DNA of 51,878 nucleotides from Trichinella spiralis (Eukaryota): NCBI RefSeq assembly GCF_000181795.1, contig NW_003526946.1, positions 485,668 to 537,545 of the forward strand, read 5' to 3'. Shown piece by piece: positions 12,431 to 26,730 of this stretch (position 1 is its first letter; each line of letters starts with the position of its first letter). The notes under the pieces were generated by a model. It saw only the letters and a program-made list of their open reading frames with translations, ran no database searches and was not told where the DNA came from. The position numbers and the translations under genes were made by a program.

Positions 12431-12869
12431 CTGCCATCATCATTATTTGCTACTACTAATCCGTTTATCCGTTAACTGTTAATTTAATTATTATATTGTC
12501 ATGGTTAATACTTCATTATTCAAAAGCTTTTTGATTATTCTCAACTCTACACAATATATAAAATTTCAAACAGTTATTTGAATGTAAAAATGATAAAGTT
12601 CATATTTTATTAAATAATTAATATCAATAATTGCTGCTTTGCATTAATTTCTGACAAAATATGAATTTAACTTGTTATGTAGGAAATAACTGCAAGAAAA
12701 TCTTTAACCCAGCTTAAGATAAATTTTGCAAAGTGACAGTTGAAATATCAAATTGCACTTTCAGAATAAAATTGTTAACTTATTATTTCCATTTAATTCT
12801 CATTTGTATGATCATAGCATTATAATTGATTGCCAAAGTAATAAATCAAATGCTTAAATGTTACAACAC

Positions 12870-12879
12870 NNNNNNNNNN
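12870..12879. other. Assembly gap (10 N)
   Basis: Run of N. Confidence 1.
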
Positions 12880-13643
12880 TTTCCATCGTCTTTGCATATG
12901 GCAACCCTGTGCACAGAATTTTTCAATGAAATCATGATAACAATTACTGTTGTGAACAACATTTTCACATACTTTGGATATTTCAGTAATTTTGCTTCTT
13001 ACATATTTTCTTTCATATATGCTGCTCTTTTATATTTATGAATATAACGTTGTGCGTGCATGAAAATGTTTATTGTTATCTGTTTATTTTATATTAGCTA
13101 CAGTGCTGTGAAAATGAAGTAAAACTGGAAATGTTTATTTAAATAATGCATAATGATTTAACTGTTAATATATTGCATACTTGTTTAATGGAATATTAAC
13201 CGTTTAGTGCTTAATGGCATAAATATTAAAAGGTAGTAAATGCAAGTGATGTATCTACCTAGCATTATGTCAGTATTTACTTAGGCATGTGTGTATTGAA
13301 ATTTTAAGTAAAAGAAAATTATTTCTAAGACTAAAACAATATAGTTAAAAATGAATTATGTGAATAACGTTTTTCAATAACTATTTGCACTTCTGAATGC
13401 TTTTTAAGATAAGATGACTGCTTCGGTTTTGTTAACATGAATAATAACGATGCTTATTCAGTTCAGCATTTCCATATTTAAATGGCATGCAATTTTACAT
13501 CACAATTTTCGACTCATCCTTAACATAATTTTATTTAAAGTTTAATAATCTACTTTTTATTGTTTATTGTTCACTTTCAGTTTAATCACATATTTCATAA
13601 CATAAACTGATGCTCAATTTCAAGTATTTCCATTGCTCTACAC

Positions 13644-13825
13644 CAGCGTTTCTCAACAACTTTATCCTCGCGGAAACCTAAATGTAATTTTTTTTGAAGA
13701 ACTCCTGCATAATTTTTCAAATGTTCTTTTTCTTTTCAACACTTTTTTTCACACAATTTTTAATTGTGACAATATTTTGCAGAACACCTGGACACCGCTC
13801 GCGGAACCTCTTTTGAGAAACGCTG
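13644..13825. mobile_element. 182-bp non-autonomous hAT (Charlie/Buster-type) MITE
   Basis: 13-bp perfect TIRs, CAGCGTTTCTCAA (13644) and TTGAGAAACGCTG (ends 13825). 8-bp TSD CTCTACAC (13636-13643) / CTCTGCAC (13826-13833), 7/8 identical. CGCGGAA subterminal motif near both ends. Confidence 0.9.
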
Positions 13826-15021
13826 CTCTGCACAATGGAAACCGTTTCAATCTTAAAGAATGCAATTATATTTTTTGTATCTTCAATGATATACGACATA
13901 TTTTCCGTTTTTATTTTAAAATTTATTTAAACGTAAATGCATCCAATTTTATTCCTTTTCCTTCACCCCAAGTCTTTATCTATTCCATGTCAGCATTAGT
14001 GGCGGTTTTTTAGCCTTCCAGTTTGGTTAAGTCGTTATCACTACTGTTATGGTGGGAACCTCATAAACGGAAACAACCTTGCACTGAAATTGCAGATCCA
14101 TAGCATACATGCACACCAGGGTCTAAAAATAGGATTTATGGGCGGTTTTGAAATATGCGAATGTTGAGGGATTATTATTAGTATTAAGAATGAATTTCAC
14201 AGTAATTACACTGCTGAAAGAATTATCTGAAACAGGAAGTGTTTATTTAAATATCGGTAATAATCAAGTACTTTAGTACCTTACTTTAGTAATCAGTAAT
14301 TATACAAAAATTTTTTATTGGATGAATTCATTTTAAATAAATTTTAAACTAAAAACACAAAGTATGATACAAGAACATACAAAATAGCATGCGCTAAAAT
14401 GAAGATATGCAAAACATGGTTTTCTCTTAAGTATTTAAGCACCAGTTTTCATTAAATTTAATAAAAAAAAATTTCTAATTAACAACCAATTACTATTAAA
14501 AATATCAGGTGATATTAGAAATTAATAATAAGCAATCAAAAATAGATAATAAAAGTTCAAATAAAACAAAAATAAAGATTAATTGAGAAACTGATATCAA
14601 ATGGTATGCAAGTTAAATATTAAAAAAATTAAATGTAACAAAAAACACAACTATTCGTTCTAAAAACAAACATTTATGTTAATTAAGCCTGAAAGCATTT
14701 AATTAAGAAAAGATATTTAAAAATATCCACCACGTACTTAATTATCAATAATTTGGTCACATAACTACTGATAACATTTTTTAAATTGACGTTTATATAA
14801 ACATGGCCATGTCAACATCAGTTGAGGTTATACAGTTAACACCATGCAATCACAAATGTAACTAAATAGGTAAGCAGGAAGTGCAGAACAAATTGTTAAA
14901 TGTATTATGTATAATTTAAATAAACATTTAAGGTTTCAGATAATTCCTGTAGCAATGTGATTAATATAAAATAAATAAATAACAGTTAACATTAAGATGC
15001 ATAAACATGAAGGCATGTTAC

Positions 15022-15031
15022 TATATATAAA
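15022..15031 (+). promoter_or_regulatory. Candidate TATA box of DNase II gene A
   Basis: TATATATAAA ~70 nt upstream of ATG 15100; an equivalent TATATATAA sits at the same distance upstream of gene B (~20284-20292, minus strand). Confidence 0.45.
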
Positions 15032-15099
15032 TGAGCAACACAAATAAAAGCAAGCCAGCAAAGAAGGAAATTACGATAATATTCAAATTTCATTAAAAA

Positions 15100-16695
15100 A
15101 TGTTCATATCAATAATTGTTATTTTGATTTCGGTAAGAACTTGTATTGCGCAGGTTGCAACATGTAAAGACGATGGTAACGTCAATGTAGATTGGTACGC
15201 TGATTCAAAACATTATTGCATAAAATACATTTATCAGTAAAAGCGTGAAGTGCAAAGCATCGCTTAAATTAAAAACGTTTGTGCAAAGAAAATTCAATTA
15301 ATTAATTAAGAATGTGACTTATTTGCAATATTCAAAAATATATAAAATTATAGAAGAAGCGTAATCCATTTTCATCAAATTTTTGAATAAAAATTTTTCG
15401 TCATCGCAATGCCTGTTTGCTATAGAATAGTTACATTTTAGGTATTTTGTATATAAGCCCCCAAATGTGTTAAGCTCGAAACTTTTGAAATCAGCAGGAA
15501 ATCCAGCTTGGGCTGCTTCTGGAGTAAACATTGATCAAAACGCAGGCCATTCAATAATTAGAACAATGGCAAATTTTGTACAGTACCATGCACAAATTAA
15601 TGTTCTTGCATATAGTGACGATCCACCAAACTTGCCTCCTAGAAATGAAAAAAGCAAATCGAAAGGTCACTGCAATTTTAGATTTGATAAATAAGTAAAA
15701 CAATAAATTAAATTTATGTACTGCTTTCAGGAGTTCTTTTAGTGCGCAGTCCAGCGGATGAAGCTGCGTGGTTTGTGCACACAGTTCCTAATTTTCTAGC
15801 ATATCTTAGTGCTTATTCTTGGCCAGCAGCGGAAACGCCTAAAGGGCATATGTTTTTGTGTGTATCGTTTAACAAAGCTCATTTGAATTCTGTTGGTACG
15901 AAAATAAGTTTTTTCATTTCCATAAAATATTATATTACAGCTTTGTAACTGCAATTTTTAATGCCCATCAAATGCTCGAATTACATTTATGCATTTGAAT
16001 TTAATTAATCAGAAATTTTCAATTTTAAGGTAAAGCAATTCGATACCAAGAACCATACGTGTATGTAAATAATTTGCCTGCTGCAATTTTGAATCAAAAT
16101 ATGGAACTGTCTAATTTGATAAACGGTATTGACGTTCGAGTAACATCTTTTCTGGCACATGAAAGATTTGCAACAAAATCTGCACAAGCTGTGGCAAATA
16201 TTCAAGCTTTTGGGAAACATTCAAAATCATTTGCAGGTTATTACTTTTCCATTCAAACATCAAATATCTCTATATGATATTCAATTATTTAGATATGTAT
16301 GCAAGGATTTTGAGAAATAGATTTGCCGCAAGCATCATGGTATGGTCACCTGCTGATGCAAGATCAAAATCAATTTGTCGTGGACAACATAAACTTCAAA
16401 AAATTACTTCAATACAACTTGATGGTGTTCAAGTGAGCCGTGGGGATGATAGCGCAAAGTGGGCACTAATTGACGGAAAGAACACTGTTTGTTTCACAAC
16501 AAATGATTATACAGTAAATTTTTGATATAAAATCATTTTATAATATATTTTTGAAATATTATTACAATTTATATCTTTCAATTTTTTTAGGCTACTGATA
16601 AACGGACTCCCGGAGCGGCTGTTTGTTTAGAAAATGCTGGTGTTTATAACGCTTTCCGTACAGCAGCACTTAATGTTGAAGCATGCAATAATTGA
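15100..16695 (+). CDS. Secreted DNase II-like (plancitoxin-like) protein A; exons 15100-15194, 15442-15665, 15731-15895, 16030-16236, 16293-16513, 16591-16695
   Basis: Signal peptide MFISIIVILISVRTCIA, then QVATCKDD..VDWYFVYKPP, LAYSDDPP, KSKGVLL, AWFVHTVPNF, GHMFLCVS, DSAKWA, PGAAVCLEN. All introns are GT-AG and phase-consistent. Confidence 0.95.
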
Positions 16696-18620
16696 TTCTC
16701 AATGATTCTAACTTTTATTCTCTTTTATAGTTTGTGAAAATTATCTAGCATTTTAATTTTCTTTCATTTTTATTATTTGAAAATATGAATCTTATTTTAA
16801 ATTATAATGGCTTTTTAAATGTTTGGGATTTTTAAATTTTTGTCAACTTTTGAAAATAAAACATCTATTTTATATTCACAAGTTTTTAAATGAACTGTTA
16901 CTCCAAAAGAGTTTGAAACTTGTACTAATGTGTTTACTGCTATTATAATATGTTTGAAGTTGCAATGCAAATTGAAATGCATATATTTTAGGTAAATTGA
17001 TGCAGCTTTTTCTATTATGATTTTATTTTGTATCTGTGAAATAATTATGAATGTAGTCTATCTGTTTTCATCTTACTCATCTTAAGTTTCGTTTATGCAT
17101 TCAGTATTTGTTTGAGCCAGTAAATAATTCACTAAGAAATTGCAGAAATATTCCTCTTACTGTTCAGATATAATAATGAAATTTTACAAACATCATTTTG
17201 AAGGATATGCTTTATTTGTAATATATTCTACCAAAGAAGCGCTGTGTTACGAAGCCTACAAGCAGAATTCATATTTTTTATTTAAAATTAAAGTAAAATG
17301 TTTGTTGTATTACTCTAATATGTGATTTTATTGTTTTGTGCAACAAAATTTTAAATACTAATTTCAAATGCAGAAGCATGCTATAATTCATCTAAAAATA
17401 TTATCTATATCTAATCTATCTAATAAGTAATAATAAGCGTAAATAATTAATGTTGAACTGAATTTGAATTATTGTGACATTTATAATAAAATATAAGAAA
17501 GTTCGAAATGACAGGCATGGCTGTCAATCTTGATGATAACAAAAAAGATGCATATGCTTGTTAAAGAAGTATGAAAATATTCAAAAGTTAGTATTGATAT
17601 TAAAGAATATTTTCCACATGCCTTATTTTCAATTATTTTATTCTCAAGATTTTAATATGCTGCTTTTAATTAGAATTCAAACACATGAAAAAGTTAATAT
17701 TAATACAGAGTTATATAAATGTAACAGGCAATATTCATGTAATACAAGCAAAAGTATTACTAAATAAGTACTGAATTAATTGCTTTATCAATTTTTTGCT
17801 ATTTTAATAAGCATTTGCTATCTCAGTTCACTGTTGCGCCACTGTAATAAAAATGAATAAATGGGTTCAAATATCTCAAGCACAAACGCAGCGATATATG
17901 TAGCTACATACAAATGCGCAACATTAATGATAATAAATGCATACAGATATCAACTACTGAAATACACAAAGTTGATTAAAATAATGTTTACTGCAATAAC
18001 TCCTATCCTGATCTCGTTAAAATGCTCTATATACGGGCTAAAATTTACAAAGGCCGTGCCAGCGGAAATGTAAATTGAAGGATTGACCTCTGAAATTTAT
18101 TTTTATATTGGCGCACATGCTTTACATAAACTAAACAGTACATTGTAGAAATGCAATTATTCAAAATATAAGAGATTTTAGAAATAAATTTTCTGACGGC
18201 GTTCAAATATGGATATTATCTGATTTGGCATTGAATTCAATTTGAAATAGAAAACGTAGACTTTAACTAAGCAGACCTATCTTTTATTTAAATTCCTGCT
18301 ATTCTTCATATTAAGTGCTTTTAACTTACATTTTTATGAGGTAACCCATCGCATTTAATATTTAGTACATTTAATCCAATATTATGACGCATATAAATTT
18401 TATGTCATGCATATTTCTTTATTTTCAAATATTAAAGTCAGTTAACTATATAATTTCTATGAGTATTAAGCATTACAATGAAATATTTTTCGCATTATTC
18501 TAAAACCATTATCATGAAAGAGTTTATTTATGTTTTCCAATATTGAAAATAACAAAATGAAAAATGGTAAATAATTTTTTACTTCACAAGAAACAGAAAC
18601 TGGCATTTAACTATCAAAAA

Positions 18621-20218
18621 TTATTTGCTGCATGCTTCAAGATTAGACGCTGCAGTGCTGAAAGTGTTATAAACGGCAGCATTCTCTAAACATACAGCTG
18701 CACCTGGAATTTGCTTTTCAGTCGCCTAAAAGAAAGGAATTTCATATATATTAAAAATTATGAATATAGTTCATTTCAATAATGTACTTTATAATCATTT
18801 GTTGTAAGGCAAACGATATTTTTTCCATCAACTACTGCCCATCTTGCGCTATCAGCTTCACGCCTCACTTGAACACCATCAAATTGCATTGGAGAAGCAA
18901 CTTTTCGCAGTTGATACTGTCCTTTGCAAATTGACTTTGATCTTGTATCAGACGGCGCCCATATTCTGATGGTGGCAGCAAGTTTTTTTTTCAAAACTTT
19001 TGCATACATATCTAATTATATTTTTTACTTTTATTTCTTTTAATAATTCAGTAAAAACAAAACTACCTGAATGTGATTTTGTGTGTTTTCCGAAAGCTTC
19101 TATATTCGCAGCTGCTCCATTTGCCGACTTTGTTGCAAATTTTGCATGTTCCAAAAAAGGTGTTACTCGAATCTGAGCTCCCGTTATTAAATTAGATAGT
19201 TCTACATGTTGATTCAGAAGTTCAGGTGATAAATTATTCGCGTATATGAATGGTTCCTGGTATCGAATAGCTTTAGCTAAAAATTTTCTATTAATTAGCT
19301 GATGATACATTATATGAATTCAAAACTCCTGATTATAAATGAGCACTAAGAGTTCAAAATTATGAACTTGGAAGTAATATTTTATAAATATACTACATTG
19401 AAAAGTCTTGTTTTCATACCAACTGAATTTAAATGTGCTTCATTAAACGATACACACAAGAACATGTGTCCTTTTGCTGTTTCCTCTGCTGGCCAAGAAT
19501 AACCACCGAGATGTGCCAAAAAATTAGGCACAGTGTGCACAAACCATGCTGCTGCGTCATCTACTCTATTGTCAACTAAAAGTACTCCTAAAAACAAAAT
19601 GTGTTGTACTGCTTTAATAGACAACTTTCAAATAACCTTTAGCTTTGCTTTTTCCATTTTGTGGTGGCAAATTTGGTGGATCATCACTATATGCAAGAAC
19701 TTTGATGTTCATGTTGTCTGCTATAAAATTAGCCATTGTTGTAGATATTGAATGGCCTGCGGCTAGATTGATAGCTCGAGCAGATGGAGTCCAAGCTATA
19801 ACTGCTGCTGATTTTATAATTTTGCTGTTCTCTGAATTTGGGGGTTTGTATACAAAAAACCTTAAAATAAAAATTCTGCAGCAAAAGAAAATTATGATAA
19901 ATTGAAGTACATTAAAAATGTAAGAATGTGAATGATGCTTCTTTTGTTATTTTAGATTCATTCCAAGAATAATAATCTATAATTTGATAATAATGATTAA
20001 TAAAATTCTTGACTATGTAATTGAATGCTTAATATTTAAACTTTTAATTTAAGCGTCTGTTTTGCATAAGCGCTTTAAAAGTAAGAAGAAATTCACAAGC
20101 TGTGATTTTATTATGCCTACCAATCTGTATTAGCATCAGCGTCATCCCTGCAAGTTGCCACCTGTGCAGTAGAGGCTTTCAGTAAAATCAGAATACAAAC
20201 CACCGATGTGAACTTCAT
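18621..20218 (-). CDS. Secreted DNase II-like (plancitoxin-like) protein B; exons 20218-20121, 19860-19637, 19587-19420, 19276-19067, 19011-18788, 18725-18621
   Basis: MKFTSVVCILILLKASTAQVATCRDD..DWFFVYKPP, LAYSDDPP, KAKGVLL, AWFVHTVPNF, DSARWA, PGAAVCLEN. It has the same five intron positions as gene A. Confidence 0.95.
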
Positions 20219-21521
20219 TTTAATGAACTTTGCTTACTTAAGTAATTTACTATCTTATATATTCTTTTTCCTATATGTATCTCTTATATATAATTAAATA
20301 TCATCATATTTATGCTTGACTATGCTTTCGAGTATTTATTTATTTTATATTAATTACATTGCCAGCACAATTAACCTGAAACACTGAATGTTTATTTAAA
20401 TAGGAAATAATTTAAGTTGCTAATATATTACTTACTTATTTAGTAATTCTGGTACCTGCTTTCTGTACTATTAATATATCTATGTATTTTGGTATCAATA
20501 TTGACGTTATTATGTGTATTTCAATTTCAGTTAAATGAAATTTTTTACAGATTTCAGAACAAAATAATTGAAAACATGTGGGAAGCATTATTTAATTTAG
20601 TTTTCCTCACATCATGCTTTTACGGTGATCTAAGAAGAATTTTTATTCAGCTATCTTCGACAAAATGACAATTCTGCTTGTTAAATTCCACTTCATTATA
20701 TTTAATTAGCTAATTTGTTTTATATTTAATCTTGTAGCACAGTTTATATTTATTTGTTTTTAGTCTATTCAGTAATATATTTCTTATTTGTTATTATTTG
20801 TTTTACATGTTATACACTGTTGGTTGATATTTCATAAGTGATATCTTTACGTGTTTGCTTAATGCATAATTGCAATGACCTATTTTCACACTAACTAAAT
20901 TTAATTCAATTGTATGTCTTTATATGTAAGCATTTCTCCTTCTTTGTTTCTGCTGATAGCTAAAAGCAGACACTAGCTAGCTAAAAGCCAAAAAAGTTAT
21001 TGTTCAATGTAAACAATTCGATTACTTTCTTCTTTATCGATTAAAAAATCTTTTTTTTAGAATTGTCTCATTTGAATTTTGTCGCAACGAGATATATAAA
21101 AATAAAGACACCAGTAAATTACCTTTTTTTGTTTCCTGTGGGAAAATGTGATTAATCGTAATGTATACTAGTCCGTTTGATATTTCCATGGTTTATCGCA
21201 AAATTTTCAACTGTTTTTGCTATTGGTGATGAATGACCAAAATAAAATTTTGTCATTTTATAACTTTTGTGTTGAATATTTGCTGCATTATTAAATTTAG
21301 AGCCCAGTATGCATGGACCTTAATAATGTGCATTGTTAGGATGTGTAGAAACTGGAGAACAGCAGCAAGATGGCGCCGTCAGAGACAAAGGATTGTGGGA
21401 AGGCGGCGCTTCAAAGATGTCCATTGAAGCATTTATTTCATCTTTAAAGTAACACAGTTTTGAGACATCGATCAAGATCACGGCGGTTGCTAGATCCTCC
21501 AACAGATGCGATTGCTTCGTT

Positions 21522-21567
21522 GTATTATATATATATATATATCATTTGTTGTAAGGCATATATATAT

Positions 21568-21598
<31 letters not shown>

Positions 21599-21680
21599 AT
21601 ACAACGATTATATAATAGATATACTATATAATGATATAATAGATATATATATAATAGATATATATTATATTATATAATAG
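21522..21680. repeat. (TA)n / TATAATAGATA low-complexity microsatellite
   Basis: Long TA dinucleotide runs with repeated TATATAATAGATA units. Confidence 0.9.
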
Positions 21681-21801
21681 AGATAAAAGTGTATCGCTGG
21701 ACTGCAATGATTAGTCTGAACTTTAAGACTACTTTTGATGATGTTTCAATGACGCTGTCAGCAATCCTACTGCATACTATAAAAGCTCAATGTTTCTTTT
21801 C

Positions 21802-24800
21802 TGTTATATGAATAAAATGTGAATAATATTCTTACGACATTTCAATCCACGACGAGGCATGCCCAGCAAGCTGCAAGTTAGAGGCGAAAACAAGGTGATG
21901 GAAACCAGTGGCTTGACGAGAGGATCAACACTTTGCAAAAGTGCTACTTAGATATTACGTTTCTTGTGCTCAAAAAATCCCGATGCATTATTTAAATTTG
22001 CTTCATTTTATTAGTTCCTTTAAAATGTAGCACTTTATATTTGAAACATATGTCAACACCAAATATAGCATTTTATGAGGAGAAAAAAATTCGAACATGC
22101 GCATCAGTTTGTCCTGATCGTATTCATCATTAATAAAAGAATTTCTTATTCAATGTAAATGCTGCTGTGAAATGTAAACAAAAGTTTCAAATATCAGGGG
22201 AAGATATTGATATCATTTGCAAAATTTTTTGATATCAGATTTGGAAAAAAATTAATCTGTTTCAAAATCAAATATTTTTAAAAAAGATTGCTGAAAACAA
22301 TGTGGCATGTTTGCTTTGTAGACATGCTTATCTTTTGTTCAAATTATGCACTATAATAAAAAAGATGAAATAAAAATGAAAAAAAATTGATAATAATTTT
22401 TGTGTTCGAATCCGAATGATCATGACGAAATGAGGAGAAAGGACGACTGATCTCTGTTCCGCATGGACTGAATCAAGCCACTTAAAAAGAAATTCAGCTG
22501 ACAAGACGCTTGCAAGGATCAAATGATTCATCACTTTGGACATAGTGTGTACTCTATGGGCAGGTGAAGGTGGCAGAGGACGATGGCTGGAAAATTTCAT
22601 TTTCCGCACATTTAGGCATTTCCAGTCACACCGCTCAGTTTGTGCAATGGAATGAAGCCAGCTTTTAATGCTTGATGTTGTAATCACTGTGTGGCACTAA
22701 GCCGATACAACTGAGTGGAATGTACTGGCTGACTACGATTCAATAAAATATTTACGGGCTTATTATCATGAACACACTTATAAACTACATAGTCGATGAA
22801 TATGAATATGAAATGAGATTGGGCAAGTAAAGATGCTGAGAAAATAAAAATCCCAAAATATTTTCATCATAATAGTAATTTAATTAAATTATCAAGTGCA
22901 CAAATCTTCGTTGTATTCATGACTAATTCAAATAAAAAAATGTTTTTTCATTATACATGGAGAATTATTGGAAAAATATAGTAAAAGCAAAGTGAATTAT
23001 AAACTAAACTTATTATGTACAGCTGTGTAAATAAATGCATTTATGAATTATATGTTTCATCATTTTTTTCACTTAATGCAACATATACGGATCAACCTTT
23101 TTTTTATTTTTGGAAGAACTTGTTGACTTTTCTTTAAAATTAATTTTTTTGATATTTTGAGAACTCTTACAGTTTAATTAAATAGGTTTATGTGATGATA
23201 ATAATAATAATGTGGAAATAAATGAATAATTTAAAAAATTTAATGTGGAAAATGAGAATTATGGTGTTGTGTTTGTCAGTGTTGGAGAAGATCAGAACAA
23301 ACCGTGTTGAACAGCTGAACCGGCGGAGAAAGAGCTCACAGAGGCAGAGAAGAAAGCAATAACAACACCCATATCAGCTTGAATTGAAGAAAGTAAACAG
23401 ATGAAGCGAATAATTTGTATAAATTCACCGCTAATCAAGGAAGTCAATCAATCAATCATTGCAACGGTTTCTTTTGCTTCTGCACAATCAGTGTAAGTTT
23501 TCTCAAATTATTAATTAATCAATCGATTAAAAATTATAATCACACTAATCATAATTTTGTCGTTTGCATGTGTATATATCATCATTTCCGATGCTTTCAT
23601 CAATTATTTGCTTATTCGTAATGCTATTTCTGCTTTGCTCAGTTTCTAATTGTTCAAATAACTACTGTAGCATAAAACACTTCATCTGGACAAAACTTTT
23701 GTCTGTCCTTTTACAATTTACTAATTATAATAATAATTATTAGTCATATTGTATAAATAATTAATTACTTGAAATAACAAGAAGACATTTTTTCAGTCAC
23801 TTATTTATTATTTGTATATTATTTTGTAATTATTTAAAAAAAATAATAAAATTTCAATCAACTAAACTGATTGATTGTTCAAAATCGATACTTTTCCCTT
23901 CAGTAGCAGCAAGTGAAGTTTTTGTTGAATTTTCATCTTGTAAAAAAAGAAGCCTTTAAACTGGAAAAATTGTGTAAAAATATTTCATCAATATTTAATC
24001 AAGGTTTTTTTATGGTGTAAATTAACAAAATAAAAAAAACAACTCAAGGGAAAAAATTAATATTGAAAAAATGATATTTTACATATTGTTAGATGTTTTC
24101 AATATTTACAGAAGAATATTGATTTAAAAAATGAAAATCTATATATATTTTTTCAAGATGATGATAAAATGTTTATATATATAAATAATGGTGATATAAA
24201 GCAGTATTAGTCAGTCAGTCAGTCAGTCAGTCATTAGTGGTAGCTGTAGCAGCAGGATGTGTTATGAGTTAAGGGTTTGAAGTGAATTGTCGGAAAACAG
24301 CGATCACGTAAGTTTAATGAATAAGTTAAATTTTTTTAATTTCATATTCTTTTCTTTTATAAATAATATTGTTAATATTAAAAAGTTGACAATTGATAAC
24401 TTGTTATTGAAAATGACAATAACAGTGTCGAAATATTAATTTAAACAAACTGAAGAAACTCAGTTAAAAGAAAGCGATTGTTCAAATTCTACAGTAATAA
24501 TAAAAAATTAATGATCGACCAGCTTTACATCTAGAAAAGCTATAGGAAAATTTTGAAAAATACGATATAGGATGGAAGACGTAGCTAGCAAAGGATGATG
24601 CATTGTGGTGTTATGATAAATATAAATATAGTTGGTGGAATTATTATTCGTGTTCAAAATGCAGATACTGTTGATTCAGAAAGATGAATATATAAGTAAA
24701 CATTGCGATCGACAAATGAGACAAAGCGTCGTTGTTCTGAACAAAGCGAGCATGTTTATCACATGATGAGCTCATTAAAAATTGTTCAACAGTAATGAAT

Positions 24801-26730
24801 GCATGATGATGATGATGATGAGATTTCGGTTTGCGTTCAAACAGTATACAGTATACAACAATACCAGCCAACCAAGCAACAAGCGACACACAAACAACCA
24901 TACACACACACCACACACACATACAAGCATCATCAGCCAGCAAACAGTTTCCACAAAAACACTGATTGTGCAATACGAATGATTTGGAATTTTATTCTTT
25001 ATTCGAATTTTTTAAAATCTTAATTTAATTTTGCATTGAAATATTTTTTTAAATTTTTTGATTAAAAAAGTTGTGTTTATTTTCAGCTTATAAAGAAAAA
25101 ACAGATCCGATCGAGGCGAACTTTTCGAACAATGCAATTTATTTCAATGCTTTGTTCGTTTTGATCGTCTCGAACGTACTGTATTCTCTTCATCTTCATC
25201 CTCATCACCTTCCTCTTCCCTACATGCTTTACTACACCATCAAAGCCCCTCCGCCGCCACTACTACCACCAATTAGCTACAAAAATCCCTATTTGTTGTG
25301 CAATTAATCAACTTGGTAAACAATTTATATTTATTCTATGAAACTAAAAGCTACCACGTCTACTTTGAATACAATTAACTTTCAACAAGTACTATGGGTA
25401 ACTTTTTTATTATTAATAACATACATTGAAGTTCAAGGGAAAAATTCAAATTGGTTTTTCTGTAAATTTCGCTAAACAATATGATTGATATTGATTAAAA
25501 TCAACCATAAAATTTATCTGCAAGTTTTGTAATAGAACAAACTTACTTTCAAAAATCAAACGTAAATTGTTCTTCATTTTTCTCATAAATTCCTCATCCC
25601 AATTTGCAATCAATGAATAAAACTTGCACAATTTCATATGTAATGCTTGTTTTTCTTCTATTTGCAAAATTATCCACCCGTCAAAGCAGACGAAGACTGA
25701 TCTTCAGCAGGAGATAAAATTTTATTCATCAGTTAATAAATAATATGGTATATAGCAGCAGTATTATTAACAGAAAATACAACTGAACTGAATAAAATGA
25801 AAGAACAAGAGATGCGACATTCACAAAAGTGAACTGAACAAAATAAAATTTTTTTAAAAGATAAACACACAATTCATTATTATACACATTAGTATTTTTG
25901 ACAACAACTGCTGGAAACAACAGAAAAGTTAATCAGAGAAATTTTCTTCTTTCTCTTCTCCTTGTGTAAAAAAAAGTGCAAAAAATTAAAATTCACACTC
26001 ACTACTCGTAAATAAAAATCCCTAGATTATATTTTGAATGACAAGAAAAAATGTGATAAAATGATTTTTGAAAAAAAAAATTTTTTTTCTACAAATCTAC
26101 AGATGATGCATCTTGCTGTCGTGTTAGTACATCACAGTAGTGTGCTAACTGATGATAGTAGTAGAAGTGTATGTATTCTGATGAAGTTTCATATAAATAT
26201 AATTTTGGCAATTTCCAAATAAAATTGCTTAAGAAAAAAAAACTGCAGACATAAATGTACACATGCATACTGACTGAATGATATATGTAGTAACAATGTT
26301 CGAGAGATTCCAAGAAATTTTGCAACGTTCAAAAGAGAAAAACAACATATGCCCTCCTCCTCTCCTCTTCCTCCTACTTCTTGCTGACTTTAGAAAATTT
26401 GCCAAAGAATTCACAATTACAATTTTTATTCCATTTCACATTCTTCTTCACATTTCCATATCTTCGCTTCGTTCCACTGACGAAGAAACTTCTGCCGTTT
26501 GAACGTTGCTTACAGATCCAGTCACTGAAAAATGAATCATTTCACACTCAACAACAGCAAATTTTCATCATGTGATCGTTTAAATCAAATAAATAGAAGA
26601 ATAAACTTAAATTTAAATAAAAAACACCAACCTTCTGGCCTGAGAACGATGAACAACAATATATCAGACAAGGAAACCACACCCTGAACTCGACCGTCGT
26701 TGTCTACTGCAACCACGCGATGCACTTCAG
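21802..26730 (+). repeat. Copy 2 of the ~4.9-kb duplication (lacks the adjacent hAT element)
   Basis: Matches 2163-7079. Upstream is unique sequence rather than the transposon TIR. Confidence 0.95.
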
